This document shows positions 38,764 through 48,757 of a DNA stretch of 64,000 bases, in pieces; positions within the stretch are counted from its first letter, which is position 1; the number at the start of each line of letters is the position of its first letter. Below the pieces are notes generated by a model. The model saw only the letters and a list, made by a program, of their open reading frames with translations. It had not been told where the DNA came from and ran no database searches. Made by a program: the position numbers and the translations under genes. The stretch is from Gammaproteobacteria bacterium TMED78 (lineage in GTDB: Bacteria > Pseudomonadota > Gammaproteobacteria > Steroidobacterales > Rariloculaceae): NCBI GenBank assembly GCA_002171615.1, contig NHEF01000010.1, positions 155,017 to 219,016 of the forward strand. The letters are read 5' to 3'.

Positions 38764-40323
38764 TTAAATCTCCTTATAGTATTTTTCCAAATAATCGTTA
38801 AAAGACAATGTTTGACTCTTCTCTAATTTTTCTGATGCTAAAATAGATTTTTCTGCCTCCTTCTTAAAAAAAATAAACTTTTCTTTCTCCAAGGAAATAT
38901 TCTTAAAATATTTAGAATGCTGCTGTGATAAATATAGAGTAAAATCTAGAAAATTCATTTTAGCCTTACTAATTTCTTCTAAAATTTTAGCTGATGGTGT
39001 CTCTCTAGAATCATAAAACGATTTTTTATATAAATTAATAGAATCAGCATAATCATCATTTTCACTTGAGCTATCTATGCATTTTCCTATATCTAAAATT
39101 TGATCCAACATACTAAGCCCAGCATTTTTCAATGACTCTTTCTTATTATTAATAATTAATTCTAAACTTGGAAATCTCCCTTTTTGTGAGACTAGAAGGT
39201 TTCTTTCATTAATTTCTTTTTTTTCACTAGAGCTAATAGGCTTACTATTAGAAAATAAACAATATAATAGAGCTGCTTCAGTAAATCGTAATTGGTGCTG
39301 ATTAACCCCTATAGGCTCCATCATATTTATATCGGCTGTTCTAATCTCTACAAAACCAACTCCTTCTTTTCTTAAATTTACCAACAAAGGCTTATCATTA
39401 ATCGCAATAGCTTTAGGGCGAACAAAGCTATAATATTCATTTTCAATTTGTAAATTATTTATATTTAATTGTTTATATTGATCATTATGCTTGAGGCCAA
39501 TCTTACTATATTCATGATTAGGTGTTTTAATTGCTTTTGATAAGTCTTCTATATAACTATCAAGAGAATTAATTGATATATCTATTTCTGACTGTCCCTT
39601 ATTAGAATACCCAATATCGCTCATCCTAAGTGAAGTACTAAATTCACCATATAAGCTTGAGGAGTCGAGCTCTTTCAAATAAGTATTTGATTTTTTATTA
39701 TAAGATTTAGGCATTATGGGAGATGCACCAAATAGATAAATAAAAATCCAAGAAATACGCGAAAAATTTCTCATAAGTGACATATATTGTATTGAGATAA
39801 AATCTCTCAAACGATCTTTACTTTTTTTATTTTCCCTATATATTGGCCAGAAATCTAAGGGCAAAGAATAGTTAAAATGCACTCCAGATATTAACTGCAT
39901 AGCTTTCCCATAACGATGGCCAAGGCCATGTCTATAAATTGACTTCATTAGACCAAGATTAGATGTTCCATAATTAGCTATAGGGAGACTTGGGATATTA
40001 CTAATATCACACGGCATACTTTGGGGCCATAATAATTCTTCATCACAAACAGAATAAAAAAAGGCGTGCATATCAGAAAGAAACTGTATCACTTCTGAAT
40101 TAGTGTTATAGGCAGGTGTTACAAATTCTAATAAAGCTTCTGAGTAATCTGTAGTTATGTAGGGGTTGCTAAGAGCTGACCCCAGCAAAGATGGGTGTGG
40201 CTTCATAGAAAGCTCTCCATTGAAGCTCACTCTAAGAGACTCTTTCTCTATCCCTCTTAGGCCTTTATTTATTAAACTTGCTTGATCCTTATCTCTTAGT
40301 AAGTTTTTATCAAAATATAGCAA
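38764..40323 (-). CDS. gshA: Glutamate--cysteine ligase
   Basis: GLRGIEKESLRV..GSALSNPYITTDYSEALLEFVTP..ISGVHFNYSLP is collinear with E. coli GshA; 519 aa. Confidence 0.93.
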   Translation of the reverse strand: MLYFDKNLLRDKDQASLINKGLRGIEKESLRVSFNGELSMKPHPSLLGSALSNPYITTDYSEALLEFVTPAYNTNSEVIQFLSDMHAFFYSVCDEELLWPQSMPCDISNIPSLPIANYGTSNLGLMKSIYRHGLGHRYGKAMQLISGVHFNYSLPLDFWPIYRENKKSKDRLRDFISIQYMSLMRNFSRISWIFIYLFGASPIMPKSYNKKSNTYLKELDSSSLYGEFSTSLRMSDIGYSNKGQSEIDISINSLDSYIEDLSKAIKTPNHEYSKIGLKHNDQYKQLNINNLQIENEYYSFVRPKAIAINDKPLLVNLRKEGVGFVEIRTADINMMEPIGVNQHQLRFTEAALLYCLFSNSKPISSSEKKEINERNLLVSQKGRFPSLELIINNKKESLKNAGLSMLDQILDIGKCIDSSSENDDYADSINLYKKSFYDSRETPSAKILEEISKAKMNFLDFTLYLSQQHSKYFKNISLEKEKFIFFKKEAEKSILASEKLEKSQTLSFNDYLEKYYKEI

Positions 40324-40458
40324 TAGTTTCCCACTTTTTCATTAAAAATTCATAAAGACGTACTATATTAAAGATTAAAAAGATAAGCTATAACAACATA
40401 AATGGAACCGATCAAAACAGTAGGGTATAGTATCAATAACTAAATAAATTCTAAAAAT

Positions 40459-40857
40459 ATGGTCAATATCATGAATGTATTGAGATTTGTTTTCTCCCTA
40501 TTAGTAATTAATACCGCAAATATTAGCTATAGCTGTGAATATCCCCCACTTGTAATAATACCAGATGGATTATCCGCAACTATGGAAGAAATGTTAATAG
40601 CCCAAGATCAGATTAAAAATTATATGGAAAATATAAGTGCCTACCTAGATTGCTTAAATGAAGAAATAACAACCACTGGTGATCAGGCCACCATAGAATA
40701 TAGATCAATTATGTTTTCTAGATACAATGCAGCTGTAGGTGAAATGGAAGCAGTAGCATCTATTTTTAATAGCCAGGTAGAGCTTCACAATGAAATAAAC
40801 CAAAATACTGATGACCCAGAAACCTCTCAAGACTCGCAACAACCTCAACTCAACTAA
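40459..40857 (+). CDS. Small secreted hypothetical protein
   Basis: Signal peptide and two Cys residues (CEYPP.., YLDCLNEE); no recognised family. Confidence 0.5.
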   Translation: MVNIMNVLRFVFSLLVINTANISYSCEYPPLVIIPDGLSATMEEMLIAQDQIKNYMENISAYLDCLNEEITTTGDQATIEYRSIMFSRYNAAVGEMEAVASIFNSQVELHNEINQNTDDPETSQDSQQPQLN

Positions 40858-40871
40858 GGAAATTAAATTTA

Positions 40872-41879
40872 ATGTCTACAAAAAAAGCAGTAAGAATAGC
40901 AATTACAGGTGCAGCTGGTCAGATTGGCTATCAATTAGCATTTAGAATTGCCTCTGGCCAATTATTTGGCAAAGATCAATCTATTATTCTTCAGTTAATA
41001 GAAATTACACCAGCAATAGAAGCTCTTAAAGGCGTTGCAATGGAGCTAGATGATTGCTCCTTCGATACACTAGATAAAATTATTGTAACAGATAAGCTTG
41101 AAATAGGATTTAAAGATATAAACTATGCTTTCTTGGTTGGAGCTAAGCCAAGAACAGCTGATATAGAAAGAAAAGATTTATTACTTGGAAATGCAAAAAT
41201 ATTTTCAGAGCAAGGAAAATCTTTAAATATGTTCGCAGATAACAATGTTAAAGTCCTAGTAGTTGGAAACCCTGCTAATACTAATGCCCTAATAGCAAGA
41301 GAAAATGCTCCAAATATTGATCCAAAAAACTTTACGGCTATGACAAGGCTTGATCATAATAGAGCAAAAGCACAGATTGCAATAAAAACTAATGCCCACG
41401 TCTCGGAAATAAAAAAAATGATAATTTGGGGAAACCATTCTGCCACTCAATACCCAGATATTTCATATTGTGTCAAAAGAAAGAGAGGCCCAATATCTAT
41501 ACATGAAGAGAAAATAATAGAGCTAGTAAATCAAGAATGGTATAGAGAAAAATTTATCCCGCTAGTGCAACAAAGAGGAACAGAAATAATAAAAGCTAGG
41601 GGGGCATCGTCAGCCGCTTCTGCAGCTTCTGCTGCTATTGATCATATGAGAGACTGGGTACAAGGAACATCAGATAATGATTGGGTAAGTATGGGTGTTG
41701 CATCTGATGGAAGTTATTCAATATCTGAAGGAGTGGTTTTCTCTTATCCTGTTATCTGCAATAACGGAGAATACTCCATAATCAAGAATCTTGATATTGA
41801 TGAATTTAGTAACGATAAAATAGGTCTTACTAATAATGAATTAAGAGAAGAAAGAAGTGCAGTAGAAGAATTACTATAA
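40872..41879 (+). CDS. mdh: Malate dehydrogenase (LDH-like type 2)
   Basis: [20 protein letters not shown] and MTRLDHNRA motifs. Confidence 0.95.
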   Translation: MSTKKAVRIAITGAAGQIGYQLAFRIASGQLFGKDQSIILQLIEITPAIEALKGVAMELDDCSFDTLDKIIVTDKLEIGFKDINYAFLVGAKPRTADIERKDLLLGNAKIFSEQGKSLNMFADNNVKVLVVGNPANTNALIARENAPNIDPKNFTAMTRLDHNRAKAQIAIKTNAHVSEIKKMIIWGNHSATQYPDISYCVKRKRGPISIHEEKIIELVNQEWYREKFIPLVQQRGTEIIKARGASSAASAASAAIDHMRDWVQGTSDNDWVSMGVASDGSYSISEGVVFSYPVICNNGEYSIIKNLDIDEFSNDKIGLTNNELREERSAVEELL

Positions 41880-41891
41880 GGGTAAATTAGT

Positions 41892-44348
41892 ATGGTTATA
41901 TTATTATGGTTTTTAATTATTTTAGTTGTCTGTATATATCTATCATATAACCGTATTAATTATAAAACTTTCACAGCTGCGTTAGGAGCTACAATTGTTG
42001 CCTTTACTATTTTAGGCCCTAGTCTTTTTTGGTCTATCATTTTATGGATTCTATTCATCCCTATACTTTCACTCAACGTTGTAAATCTAAGAAAAGAGTA
42101 TTTAACTGCTCGTATATTTGAATCACTAAAAAACAAACTTCCTACACTATCAGAAACAGAAAGAGAGGCTTTAGAAGCAGGTGGTGTTTGGTGGGAAGGT
42201 GAATTTTTTTCTGGTATGCCTGACTGGAATAAACTACTTGATTTAAAACCAGGGAAACTTACAAAAGATGAGCAAGATTTTCTGGATGGTCCAACTGAAG
42301 AATTATGTGGGATGCTAAATGATTGGGAAATAAATCATAATCTTTTAGACCTTCCAGAAAAAGCTTGGAAATTCCTAAAACAAAAAAAATTCTTTGCACT
42401 AATAATCCCAAAAAAATATGGAGGCTTAGGTTTTTCTCCTTTAGCTGTCTCTATGATTTTATCGAAAGCATCTTCTTGTAACTCAACCCTAACTTCAATT
42501 ATGAGTGTTCCAAATTCTCTCGGGCCAGCGGAGCTACTACTCCATTATGGAACCAAACAACAGAAAGATTATTGGTTACCTAGATTAGCTAAGAGCATTG
42601 ATGTGCCATGTTTTGCCTTAACATCACCTAGGGCAGGTTCTGATGCAACAGCAATAACTGATAGTGGAGTTATATGTAAAGAAAAATATGAGGGAAAAGA
42701 AATAATTGGTATACGTTTGAACTGGGATAAAAGATATATAACGCTAGCACCAATTGCTACAGTATTAGGACTTGCAATAAAACTTTCAGATCCTGATCAT
42801 TTGATTGGTGATGAAGACGATTACGGGATAACAGCAGTTTTAGTACCCACTAATTTAAAAGGAATAACAATAGGAAGGCGGCATCTGCCTATGGGAATAC
42901 CCTTCCAAAATGGCCCAACTCAAGGAAGAAATGTCTTTATACCACTAGATGGGATAATCGGCGGGCCAAAAATGGCTGGCAAAGGATGGAGGATGCTTGT
43001 CGAGCTTCTATCAGTTGGAAGGGGAATTGCTCTTCCAAGTAATGCAGTAGGTGGTGCTCAGGCAGCAGTATATACTACCGGTGCTTATGCAAGGCTTAGG
43101 AAGCAGTTTGGTATGCAAATCGGAAAGTTTGAAGGGGTAGGGGAAGTAATTGCTAGAATGGCTGGTTATACTTACATCATTAAATCTGGATCAAAAGTCA
43201 CATGCGCTGCTATTAATCAAGGCGAAAAACCTGCAGTACCTAGTGCTATTCTAAAATACCATAATACGGAACTTAGCAGACAGGTAGCAAAAGATGCTAT
43301 AGATGTTCATGCTGGTAAACTCGTCATGATGGGCCCAAAAAATTATTTAGGTAACAGATTTGCTGGCTCAGTAGTTCCCGTTACTGTTGAGGGTGCAAAT
43401 ATACTTACTCGTAGTTTAATTATTTTTGGTCAAGGCGCTATTCGTTGTCACCCTTTTGTTTTACCTGAGCTCAATGCAATGAAAGAAAAAGATGAGAATA
43501 AAGGGCTATCCTTATTCGATCAATTATTTTTTAAGCATATCGGCTATTCTATATCTAATGCCTTTAGATCTTTAATCATGGGAATTACATTTTCTAAGTT
43601 TACATCTGCACCAAGAAAAAACTCCTTAAGTCCTTATTACCGACATATAAATAGGTATAGTGCTTCATTTGCCTTAGTAACTGATATTGCAATGCTCTTT
43701 CTAGGAGGAGATTTAAAAAGAAAAGAACTGCTATCTGCAAGACTTGGAGATATATTAAGCTATCTTTATTTTACATCAATGGTACTTAAGAATTTTGAAG
43801 ACGAGGGATCGCCAGAGGAAGATTTGCCTTTAGTTGAGTGGTCTTGTAGATTTCTACTTTATAATGCACAAGAACAGCTTCATGGCTTTCTAAGAAATTT
43901 CCCAAATAAGCTTGTATCGAGGATTCTTAGAGCTCTAGTTTTTCCTAGAGGTAGGTCTTTTTCATCTCCTTCCGATAAACTAGGTAAGGAAATTTCTGAT
44001 CTTATGATCAAGCCTTCAAAAACTAGAGAAAGGCTTTGTGAGGGAATGTATAAAGGTAAAAAAGGTCATATAGCATTTCTAAATGAAACCCTTTTATTAG
44101 CCGAAGAAATTATTCCTATAGAGAAAAAAATCTTATTAGCTAAGAAAAATAAAACTCTAACTTCAAAAACTTTCTTTGAGGAAATACAAGAAGCAGAGGC
44201 TAAGGAAATTATCACCCCAGCAGAGAAAGATAAAATTATAGATTTTGATGCTAAAATGATGGAAGTTATGGCTGTTGACGACTTTGACCCTAAAGAATTA
44301 GTTCGTGACAGAAACAAACTAAAAAGCAAAAAACTCAAGGAGAAATAA
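41892..44348 (+). CDS. fadE: Large membrane-anchored acyl-CoA dehydrogenase
   Basis: Collinear with E. coli FadE throughout (..WWEGEFFSG.PDW.., CFALTSPRAGSDA, RYITLAPIATVLGLA, GANILTRSLIIFGQGAIRCHP). Confidence 0.95.
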   Translation: MVILLWFLIILVVCIYLSYNRINYKTFTAALGATIVAFTILGPSLFWSIILWILFIPILSLNVVNLRKEYLTARIFESLKNKLPTLSETEREALEAGGVWWEGEFFSGMPDWNKLLDLKPGKLTKDEQDFLDGPTEELCGMLNDWEINHNLLDLPEKAWKFLKQKKFFALIIPKKYGGLGFSPLAVSMILSKASSCNSTLTSIMSVPNSLGPAELLLHYGTKQQKDYWLPRLAKSIDVPCFALTSPRAGSDATAITDSGVICKEKYEGKEIIGIRLNWDKRYITLAPIATVLGLAIKLSDPDHLIGDEDDYGITAVLVPTNLKGITIGRRHLPMGIPFQNGPTQGRNVFIPLDGIIGGPKMAGKGWRMLVELLSVGRGIALPSNAVGGAQAAVYTTGAYARLRKQFGMQIGKFEGVGEVIARMAGYTYIIKSGSKVTCAAINQGEKPAVPSAILKYHNTELSRQVAKDAIDVHAGKLVMMGPKNYLGNRFAGSVVPVTVEGANILTRSLIIFGQGAIRCHPFVLPELNAMKEKDENKGLSLFDQLFFKHIGYSISNAFRSLIMGITFSKFTSAPRKNSLSPYYRHINRYSASFALVTDIAMLFLGGDLKRKELLSARLGDILSYLYFTSMVLKNFEDEGSPEEDLPLVEWSCRFLLYNAQEQLHGFLRNFPNKLVSRILRALVFPRGRSFSSPSDKLGKEISDLMIKPSKTRERLCEGMYKGKKGHIAFLNETLLLAEEIIPIEKKILLAKKNKTLTSKTFFEEIQEAEAKEIITPAEKDKIIDFDAKMMEVMAVDDFDPKELVRDRNKLKSKKLKEK

Positions 44349-44828
44349 ATGTTACTCAAGAAATTCCTATATTTTTTATCTATTTTTGTGCTTTTTGGCT
44401 GTACTCAGGAAGTAGCTATTGAGTCAGACGAAAGCTCTACTTCTGAAGCTCAGCCTGCTATGGATTTGTCTAGAAGAGCTGCTCCTCCTGAAGCCTACGT
44501 CTATTTTATTGAGCCAGCTGATGGAGATCAAATTTCTAGTCCAGTAAAGATAGTGTTTGGACTCTCAGGAATAGGGATAGCTCCAGCCTTAGTCGATTCG
44601 CCTAATACTGGACATCACCACTTACTAATAGACACTAAATTAGAGAATTTTGATTTCCCTATTCCAGCCGATGAAAATCATGTTCATTTTGGCTTAGGTC
44701 AATCCGAAGCTATAATTGATCTAGCTCCTGGTGAACATAATCTTCAACTAGTGCTAGGGGACCTACTCCATAGGCCGCACAATCCACCCATAATGTCAGA
44801 TACAATTACTATTGAAATAATTGAATAA
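44349..44828 (+). CDS. DUF4399 lipoprotein
   Basis: Lipobox LFGCTQE and the GHHHLLID motif. The ATG abuts the fadE stop (TAAATG). Confidence 0.65.
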   Translation: MLLKKFLYFLSIFVLFGCTQEVAIESDESSTSEAQPAMDLSRRAAPPEAYVYFIEPADGDQISSPVKIVFGLSGIGIAPALVDSPNTGHHHLLIDTKLENFDFPIPADENHVHFGLGQSEAIIDLAPGEHNLQLVLGDLLHRPHNPPIMSDTITIEIIE

Positions 44829-44871
44829 ATTATTTTTGATAAAATAAACTAATATTTATCGGGAGCTGTTT

Positions 44872-45819
44872 GTGTATACTCAGTTTTTTGGTCTTAATGA
44901 AAAACCATTCTCAATTACGCCTGATCCTCGGTATCTTTACTTAAGTCAAAAACATACAGACGCTCTTGCTCATTTAGTTTATGGCATATCTGAGAGTGGT
45001 GGCTTTATTCAGCTAACTGGTGAAGTTGGTACAGGCAAAACAACTCTAGTAAGAAGTCTTTTAGAGCAAATTCCCGAAGAAGTAGATATAGCTTTAATAT
45101 TAAATCCGCAGGTAACTACAAAAGACTTCCTCATAACTATCTGTGAAGAATTAGATATTGAACTTTCTAAAGAAAATACAATCAAAACCTTAATTGATCA
45201 ACTAAGCTCATATCTTTTAGACTCTCATTCTAAAGGAAGAAGAACTGTACTTATAGTTGATGAAGCTCAGAATCTAAATAGAAATGTGTTAGAGCAAGTA
45301 AGGCTTCTTACTAATCTAGAGACATCAAGACAAAAATTATTACAGATAATTTTTATTGGCCAACCAGAACTAAGAGAAACTATAAATAAAAGGAATATGC
45401 GACAACTTTCTCAAAGAATAACTGGTAGATATCATTTAGACCCTTTGAGCAAGAAAGATGTTCTTCAGTATATTAAACATAGAATGAAGATAGCTGGTGC
45501 GATGGGTGAGATATTTAAATACTCATCTCTCAAAGAGATCTATCGCTTATCTCAAGGTATACCAAGAATAATTAATGTTCTTTGTGACCATGCTCTTTTA
45601 GCTGCCTATACCGAAGAAGTAAGAGTTGTGGATAAATCTTTAGTTAGAAAATCTGCTAAAGAAATTTATGGCAACAATGAAAGGCCCTCTTATACTAATA
45701 CTATTTTTTCATCTGTCGCCTTAATAGGTATATTTTTAATTATTTTTGGTTTAATTAAGGCTCTTGATCCTGATGCTATTTGGATCTTAGAGAAGTTAAG
45801 TTATTTCAATATTCTTTAA
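44872..45819 (+). CDS. ExeA/GspA/MshM-type AAA ATPase, short form with C-terminal TM anchor
   Basis: FFGLNEKPFSITPDPRYLYLSQKH.. and Walker A GEVGTGKTT. GTG start preceded by GGGAG. The C-terminal hydrophobic stretch is IFSSVALIGIFLIIFGLI. Confidence 0.8.
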   Translation: MYTQFFGLNEKPFSITPDPRYLYLSQKHTDALAHLVYGISESGGFIQLTGEVGTGKTTLVRSLLEQIPEEVDIALILNPQVTTKDFLITICEELDIELSKENTIKTLIDQLSSYLLDSHSKGRRTVLIVDEAQNLNRNVLEQVRLLTNLETSRQKLLQIIFIGQPELRETINKRNMRQLSQRITGRYHLDPLSKKDVLQYIKHRMKIAGAMGEIFKYSSLKEIYRLSQGIPRIINVLCDHALLAAYTEEVRVVDKSLVRKSAKEIYGNNERPSYTNTIFSSVALIGIFLIIFGLIKALDPDAIWILEKLSYFNIL

Positions 45820-45837
45820 TTATGAGAAATATTTAAG

Positions 45838-46443
45838 ATGTCTTTTATACTAGATGCATTAAGAAAATCAGAAAATGAGCGCTTGAAATCTGAGACTCCA
45901 AAGATAACTAATATTCCTTATGCTATCCCAACAAATAATTCTCCGATTTGGTTAAAAGTATTAATCAGTATACTTTGTCTATCATGCTTCGGCCTAATAT
46001 GGCTTTGGTTGAATAGTAAAGAAAATAATCCTCAGCAAGCCTCAATTGAAAATCTGATACCAGCCTCCCCTATTACTGATACAACTAACAATAATTCAAT
46101 ACCAATTGTAGAAATAAAGGATATAAATGAAGAAGTAGATGAATATATACCTACAGACCCTATCAATATTATTAATCTAGAATCTGAAGAACTAGATCAA
46201 ATAGATATTCCAATAATTCCTACTTATATGGAGGCAAAAGCCAAAGGCATAGCCTTGCCAGTCCTAAATCTAGAACTGCATGTATTTAGCATTGATCCAG
46301 AAAATAGCTTTGTTCGAATTAATTCTAGAAGCTTTAGAGAAGGAGAATATATGTCTCCAGAAGGTGTCTCTATTATTGAAATTAATGAGTCAGGAGTGAT
46401 CGGTGAATTTCAAAGTCAAGGTTTCCTATTAAGTTTAGATTAA
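45838..46443 (+). CDS. GspB/ExeB-like protein
   Basis: The characteristic N-terminus MSFILDALRKSENER, then a single TM segment, directly after the ExeA-like gene. Confidence 0.65.
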   Translation: MSFILDALRKSENERLKSETPKITNIPYAIPTNNSPIWLKVLISILCLSCFGLIWLWLNSKENNPQQASIENLIPASPITDTTNNNSIPIVEIKDINEEVDEYIPTDPINIINLESEELDQIDIPIIPTYMEAKAKGIALPVLNLELHVFSIDPENSFVRINSRSFREGEYMSPEGVSIIEINESGVIGEFQSQGFLLSLD

Positions 46444-46445
46444 GT

Positions 46446-47252
46446 TTAATTCCTTACCCCTGTTCCTCTTTTTAAAAGAAAAATAACAAGAGAAAATAAA
46501 AAAACTAAGGCTAAAATAATTATAGTATAGGCTTTAAGTATAGGTATATCAGAAATACCAAGCATTCCGTATCTAAAAGCATTCACCATGTATAAAATTG
46601 GATTAAACTGAGCGACACTCTGCCAGAAAGGAGAAAGTAAAGAGATAGAGAAAAACACACCACCAAGATATGTTAATGGCGCCAAAACAAATGTTGGTAT
46701 AATTGAAATCTCATCGAAATTTTTAGCAAATATCGCATTCAATAAACCAGCTAAGGAAAAAGTTACAGAAGTTAAAATAATTGTAGAAACTGTAATTAGT
46801 GGATAAGTTATCTTCAGCTCAGTAAAAAATAAAGCTACAATAGTAACTACTAAGGACACAAGAATACCTCTAAATAATCCTCCTGATACAAAACCGAAAA
46901 CTATAGTGGTTATTTCCATTGGAGATACAAGCATTTCCTCTAAATGCCTATGTAATTTTCCTGAAAAAAAAGAAGAGACTACGTTACCAAATGAATTCGT
47001 GATAATAGACATCATTATAAGACCAGGAGCTATAAATGTAGTGTAGGGCACTCCACTCATATCCCCTATCCTACTACCTATTAAGCTCCCAAAAATTATA
47101 AAATATAAAGTCATAGTTATAGCGGGTGGAAGTATAGTTTGAATCCATATTCTGACAACCCGCTTTATTTCTCTCCTTATAATTGTATAAAAGCCAACTA
47201 AGTTTATTCTGACTAGCCTATTTATTCTCATATTCTTGATAATATTATTCAT
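46446..47252 (-). CDS. yadH: ABC-2 type transporter permease (YadH-like)
   Basis: ..RIWIQTILPPAITMTLYFIIFGSLIGSRIG.. is near-collinear with E. coli YadH. Start uncertain (ATGs at 47276, 47252, 47231). Confidence 0.88.
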   Translation of the reverse strand: MNNIIKNMRINRLVRINLVGFYTIIRREIKRVVRIWIQTILPPAITMTLYFIIFGSLIGSRIGDMSGVPYTTFIAPGLIMMSIITNSFGNVVSSFFSGKLHRHLEEMLVSPMEITTIVFGFVSGGLFRGILVSLVVTIVALFFTELKITYPLITVSTIILTSVTFSLAGLLNAIFAKNFDEISIIPTFVLAPLTYLGGVFFSISLLSPFWQSVAQFNPILYMVNAFRYGMLGISDIPILKAYTIIILALVFLFSLVIFLLKRGTGVRN

Positions 47253-48171
47253 CATCATTTCTCTTCGCATCAACATAACTTATAAATAATTCTTCCAGCC
47301 TATTACTTTTAGCTCTCATACTAGAAATTTCTATACCTTGTTTAGAAAATTCTTGAAATACATCATTTAAATTTTGATGACTTGAAACACGAACTTCAAT
47401 TTCATTTTCTGATTTCATAGAAACTTTAAAGTTCTCTATATTGGGTCTTTTATTACATGAATTTGATAGATTAAATATAAATGACTGTTGAGATAGTTTT
47501 TTTACAATATTTGATATTGAATCATTTTCAATTATTTTCCCTTCATCAATAATTGCAATATTCCTACACAGGCTTTCAGCCTCCTCAAGATAATGAGTAG
47601 TAAGTATAATAGTCATTCCTATATCATTTATTTCTCTTAATAAATTCCACATTGATCTTCTAATTTCTATATCTACTCCAGCTGTAGGCTCATCTAAGAT
47701 TAATAGTCTAGGCTCATGAACTAAGGCTCTAGCTATCATAAGTCGACGTTTCATTCCTCCTGATAGAGTTCGTGCTATATCATCTTTCCTATCCCATAAT
47801 TTTACTGATTTTAAATATTTCTCAGTACGAATAATGGCCTCTTTCCTTGTTATGCCATAGTACCCAGCTTGATTAATAAGAATATTAGAGCAAGTCTCAA
47901 ACATGTTGATATTAAACTCTTGAGGAACTATTCCAATAAAAGATTTAGCTAAATTTGCTTGTAAATCAAAATCATGTCCGAACACCTTAATTGAACCATC
48001 TGTCTTATATGTTAATGATGTAATAATATTAATAATTGTAGTTTTACCAGCTCCATTTGGACCCAATAATGCAAAAAAATCACCTTCTGGTACAGCAAGG
48101 TCTACTCCTTTAAGGACATACTTGCCATTAGAGTAAGTTTTATATAAATCTTTTATTATTAGCGCTTCCAA
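47245..48171 (-). CDS. yadG: ABC transporter ATP-binding protein (YadG-like)
   Basis: Walker A GPNGAGKTT, signature LSGGMKRRL, Walker B LLILDEPT. Confidence 0.9.
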   Translation of the reverse strand: MEALIIKDLYKTYSNGKYVLKGVDLAVPEGDFFALLGPNGAGKTTIINIITSLTYKTDGSIKVFGHDFDLQANLAKSFIGIVPQEFNINMFETCSNILINQAGYYGITRKEAIIRTEKYLKSVKLWDRKDDIARTLSGGMKRRLMIARALVHEPRLLILDEPTAGVDIEIRRSMWNLLREINDIGMTIILTTHYLEEAESLCRNIAIIDEGKIIENDSISNIVKKLSQQSFIFNLSNSCNKRPNIENFKVSMKSENEIEVRVSSHQNLNDVFQEFSKQGIEISSMRAKSNRLEELFISYVDAKRNDDE

Positions 48172-48241
48172 AAAAAAATACCCATAAGAATGAAATACAT
48201 ATTTTATAGAAGAAATCGAAATTCCTTTAGAAATAAATCAT

Positions 48242-48285
48242 TGCATAATTTGTACATATAATATAATATATGCACAAATTATGCA
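48242..48285. promoter_or_regulatory. 44-bp inverted repeat (candidate ArgR operator) over the argR promoter/5' end
   Basis: Arms TGCATAATTTGTACA (48242-48256) and TGCACAAATTATGCA (48271-48285) are 14/15 complementary. The spacer TATAATATAATATA contains -10-like hexamers. Confidence 0.45.
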
Positions 48286-48757
48286 CAAAGGATCATTAAT
48301 CATGCCTACATCTTTGACAGAACAATTAGGTCGACGTAACGCAATAGCTGAAATAATAAAGGAAAACAATGTGTTACGACAAAAAGAAATAGTAAATTTA
48401 CTTCAGAATAAAGGCTATGGGGTAACTCAGTCTAGCGTTAGTCGAGACTTAAAGGAAATGGGAATTAATAAATTTAACTCAAGTTATACTTTGCCTGAAA
48501 AAAATATTACTACTAATTATGCTCTAAAAAATATAGATAGCTTTATCATTGGAGTTATAAGCGCAGGCCCAAACCTTCTTGTCTTAAAAACAGAAATAGG
48601 CGCAGCTCAAAGAGTTGCTGTAACACTAGATGAACTTAACTGGCCAGAAATAATAGCAACACTATCTGGTGATGATACTATTTATATTGCTACTAGCAGT
48701 ATTTCGCAACAGAATAAAATTAAAATAAAATTAGAAAAGGATATTAATAATGGCTAA
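48281..48757 (+). CDS. argR: Arginine repressor
   Basis: Winged-helix ..QSSVSRDLKEMG.. and C-terminal GDDTIYIA motif. The true start may be the ATG at 48302 (MPTSLTEQ..), preceded by AAAGGA. Confidence 0.88.
   Translation: MHKGSLIMPTSLTEQLGRRNAIAEIIKENNVLRQKEIVNLLQNKGYGVTQSSVSRDLKEMGINKFNSSYTLPEKNITTNYALKNIDSFIIGVISAGPNLLVLKTEIGAAQRVAVTLDELNWPEIIATLSGDDTIYIATSSISQQNKIKIKLEKDINNG

Noticed and set aside
48196-48215. E. coli-type ARG box (TGAAT-N4-ATTCA) at AATGAAATACATATTTT upstream of argR/yadG
   Set aside because: Only one half-site matches (TGAAA) and the second half is 2/5. The 44-bp inverted repeat at 48242-48285 is a much better operator candidate.
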